A stretch of DNA of 62,955 bases, counting the filler, from Basidiobolus ranarum (lineage: Eukaryota): assembly GCA_040143965.1 (NCBI GenBank). It is 20 parts of 20 records of this genome, joined end to end, with 100 filler letters (N's around TTAATTAATTAA, not from the genome) between each part and the next. Parts side by side here need not be neighbours in the genome. Positions count along the whole stretch, not along the records: positions 25,301 to 28,355 come from JASJQH010009637.1; positions 28,456 to 31,509 come from JASJQH010009638.1; positions 31,610 to 34,662 come from JASJQH010009639.1; positions 34,763 to 37,811 come from JASJQH010009640.1; 16 more parts are not named here. One strand, given 5' to 3'. The notes under the pieces were generated by a model, which saw only the letters and a program-made list of their open reading frames with translations, was not told the origin of the DNA and ran no database searches. A program made the translations under genes and the position numbers. This document shows positions 25,867 to 37,911 of the stretch, piece after piece (positions within the stretch are counted from its first letter, which is position 1; every line of letters begins with the position of its first letter).

Positions 25867-27280
25867 AGGACAATAAAACATGTGTTTTAAGTTCTCTACC
25901 ATCAGAGAAACAGCCAATAGGTTGCAAGTGGGCCTACCAAGGCAAAAACCAAGCTGATGAAACCCCAGAAAGATACTACACAAGATTAGCAGCAAAGGTT
26001 ATCCCCACATTTCAGGAGTTGATTGTAATGAAATGTTTGCTCCAATAGATAATATAGCTTGATTTGATCTATCCTGGGACACTCAGTCATCCATAAACTT
26101 GATTGTCATCAAATCAATAAAAAACAGCCTCTCTGATTGGGAAATTGAAAAGAAGTGATCTATATGGAGTAACCAGATGGCTTAGTAGACCTAGTCAACC
26201 CTGATATGGTCTGTAAACTACAAAAATTGCTATATGCAAGCAAGCACCCATGGCATGGTGCCATTAGATTGATCCTATTTGGAGTTGCCAGAATTCCAAA
26301 CATGCACAGCAGACTGCAGTATTTTCATCAAAGCAGCCATAAATAAGATCCTTTTCTTGGCACCATATGTGGATGACTGGATCATAGGCAAAAATGTTCT
26401 AGAAGCACTTAATCAGATGAAAAAAGCACATCAAACCAATTTCAGTCAGACAATACAGGTGAGAGAGAAATCCAATCATAAAATAACATTTATTTAGCTA
26501 AGACACATGCTAGACATCCTAAAATGCTTCAACATGGAGATTAGTAGGCATGTATCAACACAAATTGATCCCAACGTAATCAAAACTTCATCTAATTCGC
26601 CCAAATGACTTGTATCATAGCCAGGATTTTCCAGATCAATCCAAATATTCAGGTATTTCAGCAAAACTGCAGATCTGGTTCCGGAACACTCTAGCACTCC
26701 TGATGCCCAAAGTGCTGAAGGCTACAGTGATGCAGACTGGGGAAGAAATCTTGATGATAGAAGGTCAACAACTTGGTACACTTTTCTCTATAGTAATGGA
26801 GCCATAACTTGGATTAATAAGAAGCAACCAACTATAACACTTTCTGCTACAGAAGCAGAGTATATGGATGCCTGTGTTACCACACAAGAAGCTATATGGT
26901 TTAGGACGTTATTTACAGACTTAGGATACATGCAAAAACATGCTATAACTCTATATGCAGATAAGCAAAGTTGTATTTTTATAGCCAAAATACTTACATA
27001 TCATGGTAGAACAAGACATAAAGGTATTAGACATCATTTTGGTAGAGAAGCAAAAGGGATTGATATTATTAAACTTGTCTATTGCCCTTACAAATAGATG
27101 ATTGCAGGCATCTCAACCAAACCATTAGCTAAAGCACAATTTGAATAATTAAGACACAAGTCAAATTTAAGAGAAATACAGAATAATTAGTAGAGTGGGA
27201 ATGTTGAAATTAGGTAAGTAACAGCTCATTATTTAGTAATTAGTTTATTCTCATTCTGATTTTTTAACACTAATTCTGCT
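25867..27280 (+). mobile_element. Copia family A RT-RNase H remnant with PPT and start of 3' LTR (from 27202)
   Basis: PYVDD, YSDADWG, TEAEY and RHHF remnants, then tagtagagtgggaa followed by TGTTGAAATTAGGTAAG. Confidence 0.9.
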
Positions 27281-28455
27281 GCTATAACTTCTGAAAGTTC
27301 TCTACAATAGCTCTACATGATGAAGGTCTCACCAATTTTGCAAGAAACTAAATGATTCTCATATGAGTCCCATGGTTTAATCCAAGCAACCACTGCCAAT
27401 ATCCTAGTTACTGTTGCTTTTTTTTTTGGATTGTTTTTTTGCTGATTAGTGATGCTCCAATACATGTGCTACTAAATAAATTCTGATCAAATAATGCAGC
27501 ATTGAATTATGTTCCCATCATTATTGCTATTCCAAGTGAAGTTGGCTGCTTGAATGGAAATGGTATTTGACTTTTCATAGAATAATATTGGGTATTCACC
27601 TGACTTTTGATTCTTATGTTGAAATGAATATAGTATGTGTAGGACAATGCTTAAGTGGGTTGTTGCTAGGAAAGGAGTTCTGCATAATAGCAAATTAAAG
27701 TATGCTATATAGAAGCTCATGAAATGTTGACCAAGGAAGTTGATATTAGCATTTTACTGGTAAGAGGTTAAGTGCATGTTACTTTTGTAGAAAGTTTTTG
27801 TCAGTCTCATAGTGGATGCATTTTGCTCACAAATATGTGGGCAATTTATAGTAACTCCCATAAGACTATAAATAAGTGCTTCAGAGAGGTTTTCCTGTTT
27901 AGAGAAATTACTTAGCAACAATAGACTTGTTCCATTTTATTGAGCCAGATCAGGCCAGCTAAAAAGTGTGCCAGCACAAATAGGCATGATTGGGCACTAT
28001 CCGGCTCAATGTTATTTACCATTTTGGAAACAGTTTATTTTACCTATGTGGTATGTTTAAGAAAAGTACTTTTAGACATTATTGCACATTTAAAAGATAA
28101 TGAAAGCTTTATTCATAGTGTCTTAAGTCTAGAGCTCTCAATGGATATCTTTGAGTATGGAAGTATTGAGAATTAATCAAGATTTCAACTACTTTGCCTA
28201 ACTTTGATTGAGGCCCACAAAATGATTTTCCTCTATACTTTCCTGCTACAATGCTATATCTGTTTAGGAAACCTAAGCTATGTTCTACTCTTGCTCTAAA
28301 ATGGGAAAAAATGTCATTATTAAGCTTTTGCCTCTCTGTGTGTATCTCTCCTCTGNNNNNNNNNNNNNNNNNNNNNNNNNNNNNNNNNNNNNNNNNNNNT
28401 TAATTAATTAANNNNNNNNNNNNNNNNNNNNNNNNNNNNNNNNNNNNNNNNNNNN

Positions 28456-29800
28456 TCACTCAACAATGATACAAGACCTTCAGAATGCTGTACTTGAGCC
28501 ATGACAAGCAATAATGCCGCAATATTGCAATTAAATCAGTGTTTGGCAGCAACTAGTCAACAGTTAGTCAGTCACTCAACAATGATACAAGATCTTCAGA
28601 ATGCTGTACTTGAGCTATAGCAACATGCTGCTCCCACCATCCATTCTCATATGGGATTTCAATCAATCCCACACCATATATATGAATGTCACAGTGACAA
28701 TCTAGCAAAGCAGAATATGCATCCAACCATTAGGCCTACACAACAACCCCAAGTTACTTGGGCCCATGAAAGTAGAAATCTTGTAGGAAAACCGGCAAAC
28801 CAAAAGACCCCGAATGTCAGAGCTGCTGTCACTTGCTTTGATGATGAGTGGTTTAACATTTTGGAAACTATGAGGAATCTTGCCTGAAATCACCTGGATT
28901 TGAGCACGTTGTGGTAAAACCAAAAAACAAGCATTACTCTGAAGGTTCTTGACATATTTCATGTGGCTTATCCTGGGTTTTTGCAAGCAAATGGCAATTG
29001 GGCTAGTATAGGCCTGGTCATGAAGCATCTCAAATATGTACGCAATTATTGACTTGGAAAAGAAAGAAAAGCAGCTAAAGAAGTACTCAAGGAGCAAGAA
29101 GTTAATAAGCCCAAGGGAAAAGCAAAGGAGCCAGTGAGTTTAGGCCCTACTGTCCCACTTACCAAATTCTTCACACCATTATGAAGATCTGCATTTTGAG
29201 AGTCAGCAAGTGCTTGAGGAGTATTTTGAAAACAGGGGAGGGAAAAACACAGTGCAAATATGCAGAAAGTGGCTTCAGAAGAAGAACATTCCACTTGACC
29301 TTCAGTCTGGTATTTACCATGCCAATATCTGGGAAGAACTTAATACAGAGTGGCACAATATTGCAGGGTATCTGCCAAATAGCTGGAAGAATGTTGATTC
29401 AGCAACATCAATACAATGGTGGGCTTTGATGGAGATATTGATACAAACCTGTGTTAGGTATGAGCTAAACCTTGGGTATGAAGAACTCTATAAAAATATT
29501 CAGGAGAATATATCAAAGAAACTAGGGATTTCAAAATTGACAAATTAGCATTCAAGTGGTAACTGTATAAAATTTGTATTATGTTTTTTGCACAGGTGAT
29601 GATCCATAGTTCTCTGAGATTGTAGTTAATCATGTGAAACTATTTTGCAAGATCTTGAAATCTCACTCCTGAAACTGAAAAAATTGATCAAAAACAAATC
29701 TAACTTTACAATTCTGTAACAGTAAGTAAATGGTCAATCCTCAATGTATTAAAATAGAGATGGTTTTCCTACATTAACAATCCTCAAATTTCTGTTAGGG
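28456..29800 (+). mobile_element. CMC element right arm: second ORF remnant, subterminal region and TIR
   Basis: ORFs 28651-28887 and 29210-29548. It ends in TCCTCAAATTTCTGTTAGGG. Homologous pieces lie at 1-640, 38330-38940 and 50045-50661. Confidence 0.85.
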
Positions 29801-29802
29801 GT

Positions 29803-30372
29803 AGGCTTCAGGGGCAACACATATTCTGCTCTGCTAGATTTTCATGGTCACACTGATATGTATGGTGTGAGATTGATTGAAATCCCATATGAGAATGGAT
29901 GGAGGGTACAGCATGTTGCTGTAGCCCAAGTACAGCATTCTGAAGGTCTTTTATCATTGTTGAGTGACTCTCTAACTGTTGACTAGTTGCTTCCAAATGC
30001 CGCATTATTTGCCATATTGCTGAGTTATTGCTTGTCATGGCCTGTGTAGCAACTTTGTAGTTTTTACTTACAATTGCATACAAATCATTATGGTGTTCAG
30101 CCAGTGATTCCCTTGTTGTAAAAATACTATGCAAATTTTCTATGGATGTTAGTTTAATAGTTGACAGAGTAGCTATTTTGGAAGTTGATTATCTTCATGG
30201 TGTTTCTGTTGAACTCTGCCCAACTAAGGATTTACTACTTAATTAGGGGATTACAATCTCTCCACTTGCACCATTGCTAGAAAGGAACACATCTCGCAAA
30301 TTGATCAATGATTCTTCAATACTTGAGCTAGTTTCCTGCATGTCAATGCCTTCCAAAGTGGATAGTGGATTG
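29803..30372 (-). mobile_element. Second CMC element fragment, opposite orientation
   Basis: ORF 29808-30134 is homologous to 2049-2306. Confidence 0.82.
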
Positions 30373-31509
30373 CTACCAATGTTTTTGCATCCACAGATCA
30401 GTTTGATGGTAAAGACTTTCACCTTTGGAAGTTCAAGATGCAAATGGAGCTAGAAGACAAGGATTTTTGGGGATTTGTTACTGGAGAAGAAATAGAGCCA
30501 AGGGTACCACCAGAAGCTATTGTTGCCTTTCACAAGAAGCAGAAGAAAGTACTCTCTTCACTTTGCCTACAACACAGAGACTCTCATTAAGGCACATACA
30601 ATCAGCCAAGAACATCCAGAATGCTTGGGAAACACTTGAGGGACTATATGAGACTAAAAGTCTAGCTAACAGGCTATATCTTAGGTCAAACCTATTCTCA
30701 ATTCAAATAATGTCAAATGATTATTTGCTTAATCATATAAATTGGATAACAGCTATGGCAGATCAGCTCTCATCCATTGGCTCACCTTTAAATAAGATGA
30801 CTTAGTCATGATACTACTTGGGAGCCTGCCAGTGGAGTTTGAGAACCTCATAATTGCCCTAGAACCAAGATCAGAGCCATTAATAATGGAATATGTTGGT
30901 ATTAGGCTTTTGAATGAGGAATTAAGGAGATCTAGTTTTGGACAAAATAATGGAGAACAGGCATTTTTGGAGCTATAAGATGTCCAACAGGCTTCAATAA
31001 TGGTGCCTCTGATAGAAAATCAATCATCTACAAGTATTGCAAGAAACCAGGCTGCTTAATTCAAGAGTACAGAAAAAGGATTTTTGCCAAAAAGCTAAAA
31101 TCGGAGTAAGTAAGTCAAGTAAGCACTGACAGGGATCATCTTTTTGTGTCTGCCCTGTCAGTAACCACTAAAGAAAGCGCGGAAATGTAATACATTGATT
31201 CAGGAGCTTTCCAGCATATGTCCATCAAGAAAAATTAGGTTTCCAGCTTAAAACCAATCCACACAAAGAAAGTCTACTTAGGTGACAACTGTGCCCTAGA
31301 TGCAGTTGCTAAGGGCACAGTTGTGCTTAATTTAGACCAAAATGTAGCTACACCATCTGCAAACTTGAATGTTTTACTCTATGTACCAAAAATAGTCAAG
31401 AATCTGCTCTTGGTAAGCCAGGCAACAACTCAAGGACAAAACTTTGTGTTCAGAAAGGCTGGATGCAATATCACAGATCAGAATTATACTAAATTACCTA
31501 CTGGGATCC
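30373..31509 (+). mobile_element. Copia family A gag-protease remnant
   Basis: FHLWKFKMQM, AWETLEGLYETKSLANRLYL, a decayed zinc knuckle, IDSGASQHM protease motif and KNLLLVSQ. Confidence 0.9.
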
Positions 31510-31609
31510 NNNNNNNNNNNNNNNNNNNNNNNNNNNNNNNNNNNNNNNNNNNNTTAATTAATTAANNNNNNNNNNNNNNNNNNNNNNNNNNNNNNNNNNN
31601 NNNNNNNNN

Positions 31610-32860
31610 ATGATAGCATAATAGCCAGTAGCTGCCCATATCTGAAGAAACAAACTAATACCTTTCTATCTACCAAGTTTGAAATGCAAGATCTTGGATC
31701 ACCAGTATATTGTCTTGGAATGCAGATACATAAAAATTCCACCATTGGAACACTCTGTATTACACATGAAAAATATATTGGAGATATTTTAAACAGAATC
31801 ATTCAAATCCACTACATATGCTGAAACTCACTAAGAATATGGAACCAAAGACCTCTGAAGATATTGAAATCATGAAACATATTCCTTACCACAGTGCAGT
31901 TAGAAGCCTCTTATATGCAACAACTGGTACTAGGCCTGAAATTGATATAGCAGTAGGCACGGTGAGCAAATACATGCAAAATCCAGCAATGGAACATTGG
32001 ATAGCTGTGAAACATGTAATATGCTATCTGAAAGGAACAATACATCATGAAATTCAATTTATTAAGCAGTACAACATGTTACTTATTTTGGAAGGATATG
32101 CTGATGCAGACTGGGCTAACAATACAGAAGACCGTAAATCCAGAACTGGATGTGTGTTTAAGCTAGCAGATGGGCTAATAAGCTGGATTAGCAAGAATCA
32201 ACTAACTGTTGCATTATCAACTACAGAAGCAGAATATATGGCATGCTCTATGGCTGTTCAAGAAGCTATATGGCTAAGGAGTCTTCTCCAGGAACTAGGA
32301 TATGATTAAGTTAATCCTACCCCAATATATCAAGATAATATTAGTTGTATTCAGATCACCAAGAATCTGGAGCATCACTGAAGGATGAAACATATTAACA
32401 TAAGACATCATTTTATATGAGAGAAAGTTCAAGACAAAGAAGTGAACTTTATATATTGTAATGCTGAAAACAAGCTTGCAGATATGCTAACAAAACCACT
32501 CAAAGCTTGAAGCTTTGAGAAGTTAAGAGCAGGAATAGGAATCAGTGAATATAAGCACAATGCTGCATAAGAATTAAGGGAAGGTGTTGAATAATTAATC
32601 TTTATTCCACATCATAGTAAACTTTAATTATGATACATATATCTGAAACAGAAAGCAACATATCAATAGCCCCTATATTCTAAATAGAAACATCTCTACA
32701 TCTATATAACAAGTATGTCTTATTAACCCCATTTATCTATTATATCATATTGCACAAGCTCCTGAATATCTCCGACAATTGATTTACCTTTCTACTATAT
32801 AAGTCACCATATACTCTTAAGAATAAAGTAACTAGAACACACTATCATAAGTTGCCACTA
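31610..32860 (+). mobile_element. Copia family B RT C-terminus and RNase H, PPT, partial 3' LTR (from 32585)
   Basis: PYHSAVRSLLY, TRPEI, GYADADWA, ALSTTEAEY and LADMLTK, then aagaattaagggaagg followed by TGTTGAATAATT. Confidence 0.92.
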
Positions 32861-32865
32861 ATACA

Positions 32866-34640
32866 GATTGGATCCACCCTCCAAATAGCAAAACCATCAG
32901 AGAACCATCACAATAGTGGTGGCTTGCATTCTACCAGGGATTTGGATGGTATGATGGCAGTTTCTTGAAGGTGTTTCATCAGTATTCATACATGTTGAAA
33001 CCTTGATCCTCAAATTTGGCATGTGTTATCTAATATCTGGCAACTTTTGCAAAACTATAATTTTTGAATGGCATATTACTGGGTTTACTGCTGCAGGAAT
33101 TTGAATTGATATGCATGCTTTTATTTAGATATTTTAGGCTTTGTATTCCAGCCATGGTGAGAATCAAAAAATACAGGAATCTTGTTGTGTTTAGTCTCTA
33201 CATATGCACATAATCCACTGATTAGACATAACTCAGCAACATCAACATGCTTTACCAGCAAACTAATGGTGGAAAGATTACTATACATTTGAAATTTTGA
33301 ACAGCACTGACACTTGAAAAGTAGTTGACTTGTTTTACCATTTACAATGAGAATAAGTTCTAGGATTTTGGCAAATTTCCATGAAGAATTCAGCCAATAT
33401 ATCCCAGACATGCAGTCAACAAATGTTCTGCCACTAGTAGATATGTCATTGCTTGAATGGATTCCCCCATGGCTCAAACAATAATACTGCCTATCTTGAT
33501 CTATCTCACCAAGAAGTCTGTATTACATTTTTCCCAAGAATACTGTCAGATAATCACACAAGAAAATTGGTCCATTATAGAAGTACTTACTCTGTGCACA
33601 TAGATTGGGCTTTGTTGCTGTTTTTGTGCTCAAACAATGCAAAACCCCAAGAGCACATTGAAAAAGCCCTTTGTTGGCAGGTTAATATACTCTGGAGTCT
33701 CCTTAACCCATTGCATTACATACATCACAGATTTTGCGGATAAATTGTTAATCAGATTAGTATATATTAATACTGCCAATTTCACATGGAGAATCATTTC
33801 ACTGCAAGTGTGCTCCATTGGGTACTCCCAGAATGTATTGAAAGGTCTTATAATCTCTAAGCATTGTGAAAGATGCAGCAGCAAATGCATTGAATACCAG
33901 CATAGATTCAGTCCATCTCCTTTAAGCCTGTAATAGAGTTCTTCATATCCAATTACAAAATCTTTGCACAGCTGCTGTATCTGCCTGAGATCTGCCAATG
34001 TGAGTTGATGCTGTAAGAATATATTAACAATATCAACAAACAACTCCCAATGTTGCAAATATTTATCAGGCAGAAAGCTTTTCAACATTCCACTTGAATA
34101 TATACTAATCCAATACTTCCAGTATTTGCATTTGAATAAACATCTAGATGAGTGGATATTGATGGGAGTCCCAGTAAAATAAGAAGGTATCTTGACATTT
34201 TCAAGCATGTCCCAACCAATTCAAACTTTAATCCTATCTTGGATGGCTCATTCATATTGAATTTTCCACTATATAGCTGAGTAAGTAGCATCAGGATGTT
34301 GTTGAATAGTAGGTGCAAAGTGCCTAATGGGAAGCTCTGGCTCCAGATGATCCCCTCTAGCAATATAATCTTAGGCTTACAGCTAATACCAAGTTTGATG
34401 TTAGACTGACCATTTGGTTAATTTATATAAGTGATCATATTGAAATATGACCAGGCTCTTGATGGTAAAATCATGAAGTTTAGTGCTGTATTTGGATAGT
34501 AGTAATATATATATGCCTGTTAGAGCAAACTTCATTGATTTGACAAATCTACAGTAAGATAGTGCATTGGGCCTGCAAAAAACTCCAAGTTTACTGATGG
34601 CAGGAGTGTCACCAGTACATACAATGATATTAGCTTCAAT
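32866..34640 (-). mobile_element. CACTA/CMC transposase pseudogene (second copy)
   Basis: HLLLHLSQCLEIIRPFNTFWEYPMEH, homologous to 51472-53270. Confidence 0.9.
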
Positions 34641-34762
34641 ATAATCTTAGGCTTACAGCTAGNNNNNNNNNNNNNNNNNNNNNNNNNNNNNNNNNNNNNN
34701 NNNNNNTTAATTAATTAANNNNNNNNNNNNNNNNNNNNNNNNNNNNNNNNNNNNNNNNNNNN

Positions 34763-34907
34763 ACTGGGATCACAACAACTTATGCTTGTCAGAGATGCTG
34801 ACTCTGCCAAGAATGCATGGGAAATCCTAGTGGAACATCATGAGCAAAAAGGGCTTGCTCACTTGATGATGCTGCGAAGAAAATTCTTAAACTCTCATAG
34901 GTCTGAG
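34763..34907 (+). mobile_element. Copia family B gag fragment
   Basis: Close match to about 58191-58335 (gactctgccaagaatgcatgggaaatcctagtggaacatcatgagc). Homology stops after tctgag at 34907. Confidence 0.9.
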
Positions 34908-34971
34908 TGTTTAATGATAGGCTCATCCCCAAATTTTTCATCTTTTATTATTTTTGCCATTGTTTGTTATC

Positions 34972-37811
34972 ATGTCTAAATACACCCTCAAATATTGGTT
35001 TAGCTTATCACAAGAAGAACGCATATCCGTCTTGCAAGATATTGCCTTGGGTGATGAGAGTTATGAGATTTTATATGATATTCATCCTATGTTGCGTGTT
35101 AGAGATATTATTTCTGTTCCCAATTGGCAAGAATTACAAGTACAATGGATGACAGAAAATCAGATTTACTGATCTTCTCGTAATAGTTTGGATCAGGCTA
35201 CTTTATCTATTGCTCATGAGTTAATCCCACATTTAGACAAAGTTGAACAACAAATTAACGATGTTGGTGAAAGATTTTCCCTACAGACAATATCTCATGA
35301 AAGTTCACACAATACTACTATATTTTACAGAGGTTGGAATCCTGGTTTGTTACGCGTGTCTGATCCCGTTACATATGATTCCGACCCAGAATATATGTTG
35401 TTTGAAGATTACAATAATCAAGGAGTAACAAGAAGATTTCTTATTCAACCAAATGAGTATAACAATAAATCATATCTTAAATGTATCACACACATTTTAA
35501 CTTGTCAAGATTCATATCTTAGACATATAATAGAAAATAGCAGTATATCTTTAACATTTCATGTTGATGATATGGAACACGGTATTAAACAGTATACATA
35601 TAGTAAAAGTATGGGTTTAGATAATATGTTGCTTGAATTGGTACGTATATTTGAATATGATCTTGTTGCAATTGGTTCCGATACATATCTTAAAATAAGA
35701 AAAAGGTTGGTTTCTGTATCTTTAAATGTTTTGATACCAGGTAGAGGTGGTACATCATCAAGTAACAATGTGTACCTCATATATTATAGTGTAAGACCGT
35801 TTGTTAGGAATATAAAAGATAATTTACGTTTCTATTGTTGCATAAAAGTAATAAAAAATATGATGTCAGGTAAGAAAAATGGGTATTGTAAAAGATATTC
35901 CACTATGATATCCAATTTTATGGGGGCTCTGACACATGAAGATTCCATGGTTCCATTGGACAGAATGCCATTTGTTAAAGATGTGTTTAGTGTAAACTTT
36001 ATAGTTTTATGCAATCATGAACCACGTGTTGTTGTTATGGATACAACATTTATGTTTACATCTTATAGGGGTATATGTAGGGATTATGTAATAGAATGTA
36101 AAGTTATTATTGTCCTTTTGATGATGATAATAAACTTAGAATTTATTCATGTAAACCTTATGTTATAGGTCATGAAAATAAATGCATGTTTATTATAGTT
36201 AATAACATTAAATACTATATGATGATATACACAAACAACCATTATGATTTGATTAGTAGTCTTAACATGCCAACCTTTTGTATAAGGTGTGGTTCTACTA
36301 AACTTACGTCATCCAATACTGATAAATATGATGATGTCAAGTATGAATGTATTACTAATTTGCAAGATGTACTTGATTACAAATTATTGCAAGTAGAATT
36401 ACCAGAAATATCATATGTGTTTTTTGATTTCAAAACAGTGTGTAAAGATGGTTATCATCATCCTTATATGGTTGCATATAAAGTTGTGACAGAAAATCAA
36501 ACTGTTTATCGTGAAGGCGTTATAACAGGTAAAGAATGTGAAATAAAGTTTGTTAATATTTTAATACGATATGTACCCGGTATAAAATATCTTATTTTGT
36601 ATAACAGTTCCAGTTTTGACAATTATTATGTTATGAGAGCTTTGATAGATAGAAATACACCATTATCATCCAAAAACAGTATTATTTACCATAATAAAAT
36701 ACTTAGGATATGTTGTAGAGGTATTATTAAGTGGGACTTGTGCCAATTCACCAAACTTAGTTTGAATGATGCATGTAAATTGTATGGTTTAGATGACCAG
36801 AAAAAAGATGTGAACCATAATACAATACAAAAGATATTTGAACAACATAAATTTGTTGAGCAGCAAGTATTTGATGATACCGAATATAAAAACATGAATG
36901 TCGAAGAATACTGTAAACAAGATGTTAATTTATTAGAAAAATTATTTTATATTGTATATAAAGAATTACATAAGATAACTAACATAAATCCTTTATCAAA
37001 ACCTACTTTAAGTAGTTTGAGTTATTCACATCTTAGAAAGAATTGGAAACAAAACAAAATAAGAGTTGAACCAATCCCGTCCAAATATGATAAAATATTT
37101 TCTAGTGTACCTGGTGGAAGAGTTCAAGCCGTCAAACCGGGTATACACAGAGATCAGACATATGTGCAAATGGACATAAATAGTATGTATCCTCACATAT
37201 GTATAACTAATAAATTTCCAATAGGTGCTATAAGGGAACAGGACAAATACGAAGGTGATGAATTATATATGTGTTTGTGTGATGTAGATCAGAGCAAACT
37301 TAAATACAAACTTATTGGTATTAGGAACAATCGAGACAGATTAAATTGGACGATGAATTATGTTTATGATGTTTGGTTGTGGAAAGAAGAAGTAGAAACA
37401 TTGCTAAAATATAAATGTAAAATTAAAACAAAATTATATTTGATTTGGGATAAACAAGATTATATATTTGACACCTGAGATGGGTAAACTACCTATAGGA
37501 GAGAATTATGGTATGTTAAAAGTAGAAGAATGTGATAATCATGTTATTATTGTAAGTCCCAAAAGTTACATGATAGGTAACAAAACAAGACTTAAAGGTT
37601 ATAAGAATGGTGATACTTGGGAAGGCAGAAAACAAATAGATGATGAAGTGTTATATACAGATAATAAAATATGCAAAAAAATATACGAATATCTTATTAA
37701 CAAAGAAACTTACGTTATTACAAAGTTTAACAAATTAACCAAACGTTTTATATCAAAAAATAACAATACGTGGGAGTTACTAACTTTAAACAAAATATAC
37801 GCAGAAAAATT
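34972..37811 (+). pseudogene. Protein-primed family B DNA polymerase (pPolB, polinton/adenovirus/linear-plasmid type), disrupted
   Basis: One reconstructable ORF from the ATG at 34972, broken by a TGA at 35170, a frameshift near 36100 and a deletion/frameshift near 37475. Motifs: ExoI FFDFKT, ExoII YNSSSFD, ExoIII YCKQDV, GGR, motif A DINSMYP, FPIG, then GMLKVE, PKSY and LKGY. Motifs B and C are absent. Confidence 0.88.
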
Positions 37812-37911
37812 NNNNNNNNNNNNNNNNNNNNNNNNNNNNNNNNNNNNNNNNNNNNTTAATTAATTAANNNNNNNNNNNNNNNNNNNNNNNNNNNNNNNNN
37901 NNNNNNNNNNN

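Noticed and set aside
28456-28620. Short local duplications at contig edges (28456-28499 vs 28573-28616; 34637-34662 vs 34360-34385)
   Set aside because: Located at contig ends within repeats. Likely assembly artefacts or trivial slippage.
35170-35172. TGA read as Trp (mitochondrial linear plasmid, code 4)
   Set aside because: The other Trp codons in the ORF are TGG. CGA>TGA decay is the simpler explanation.
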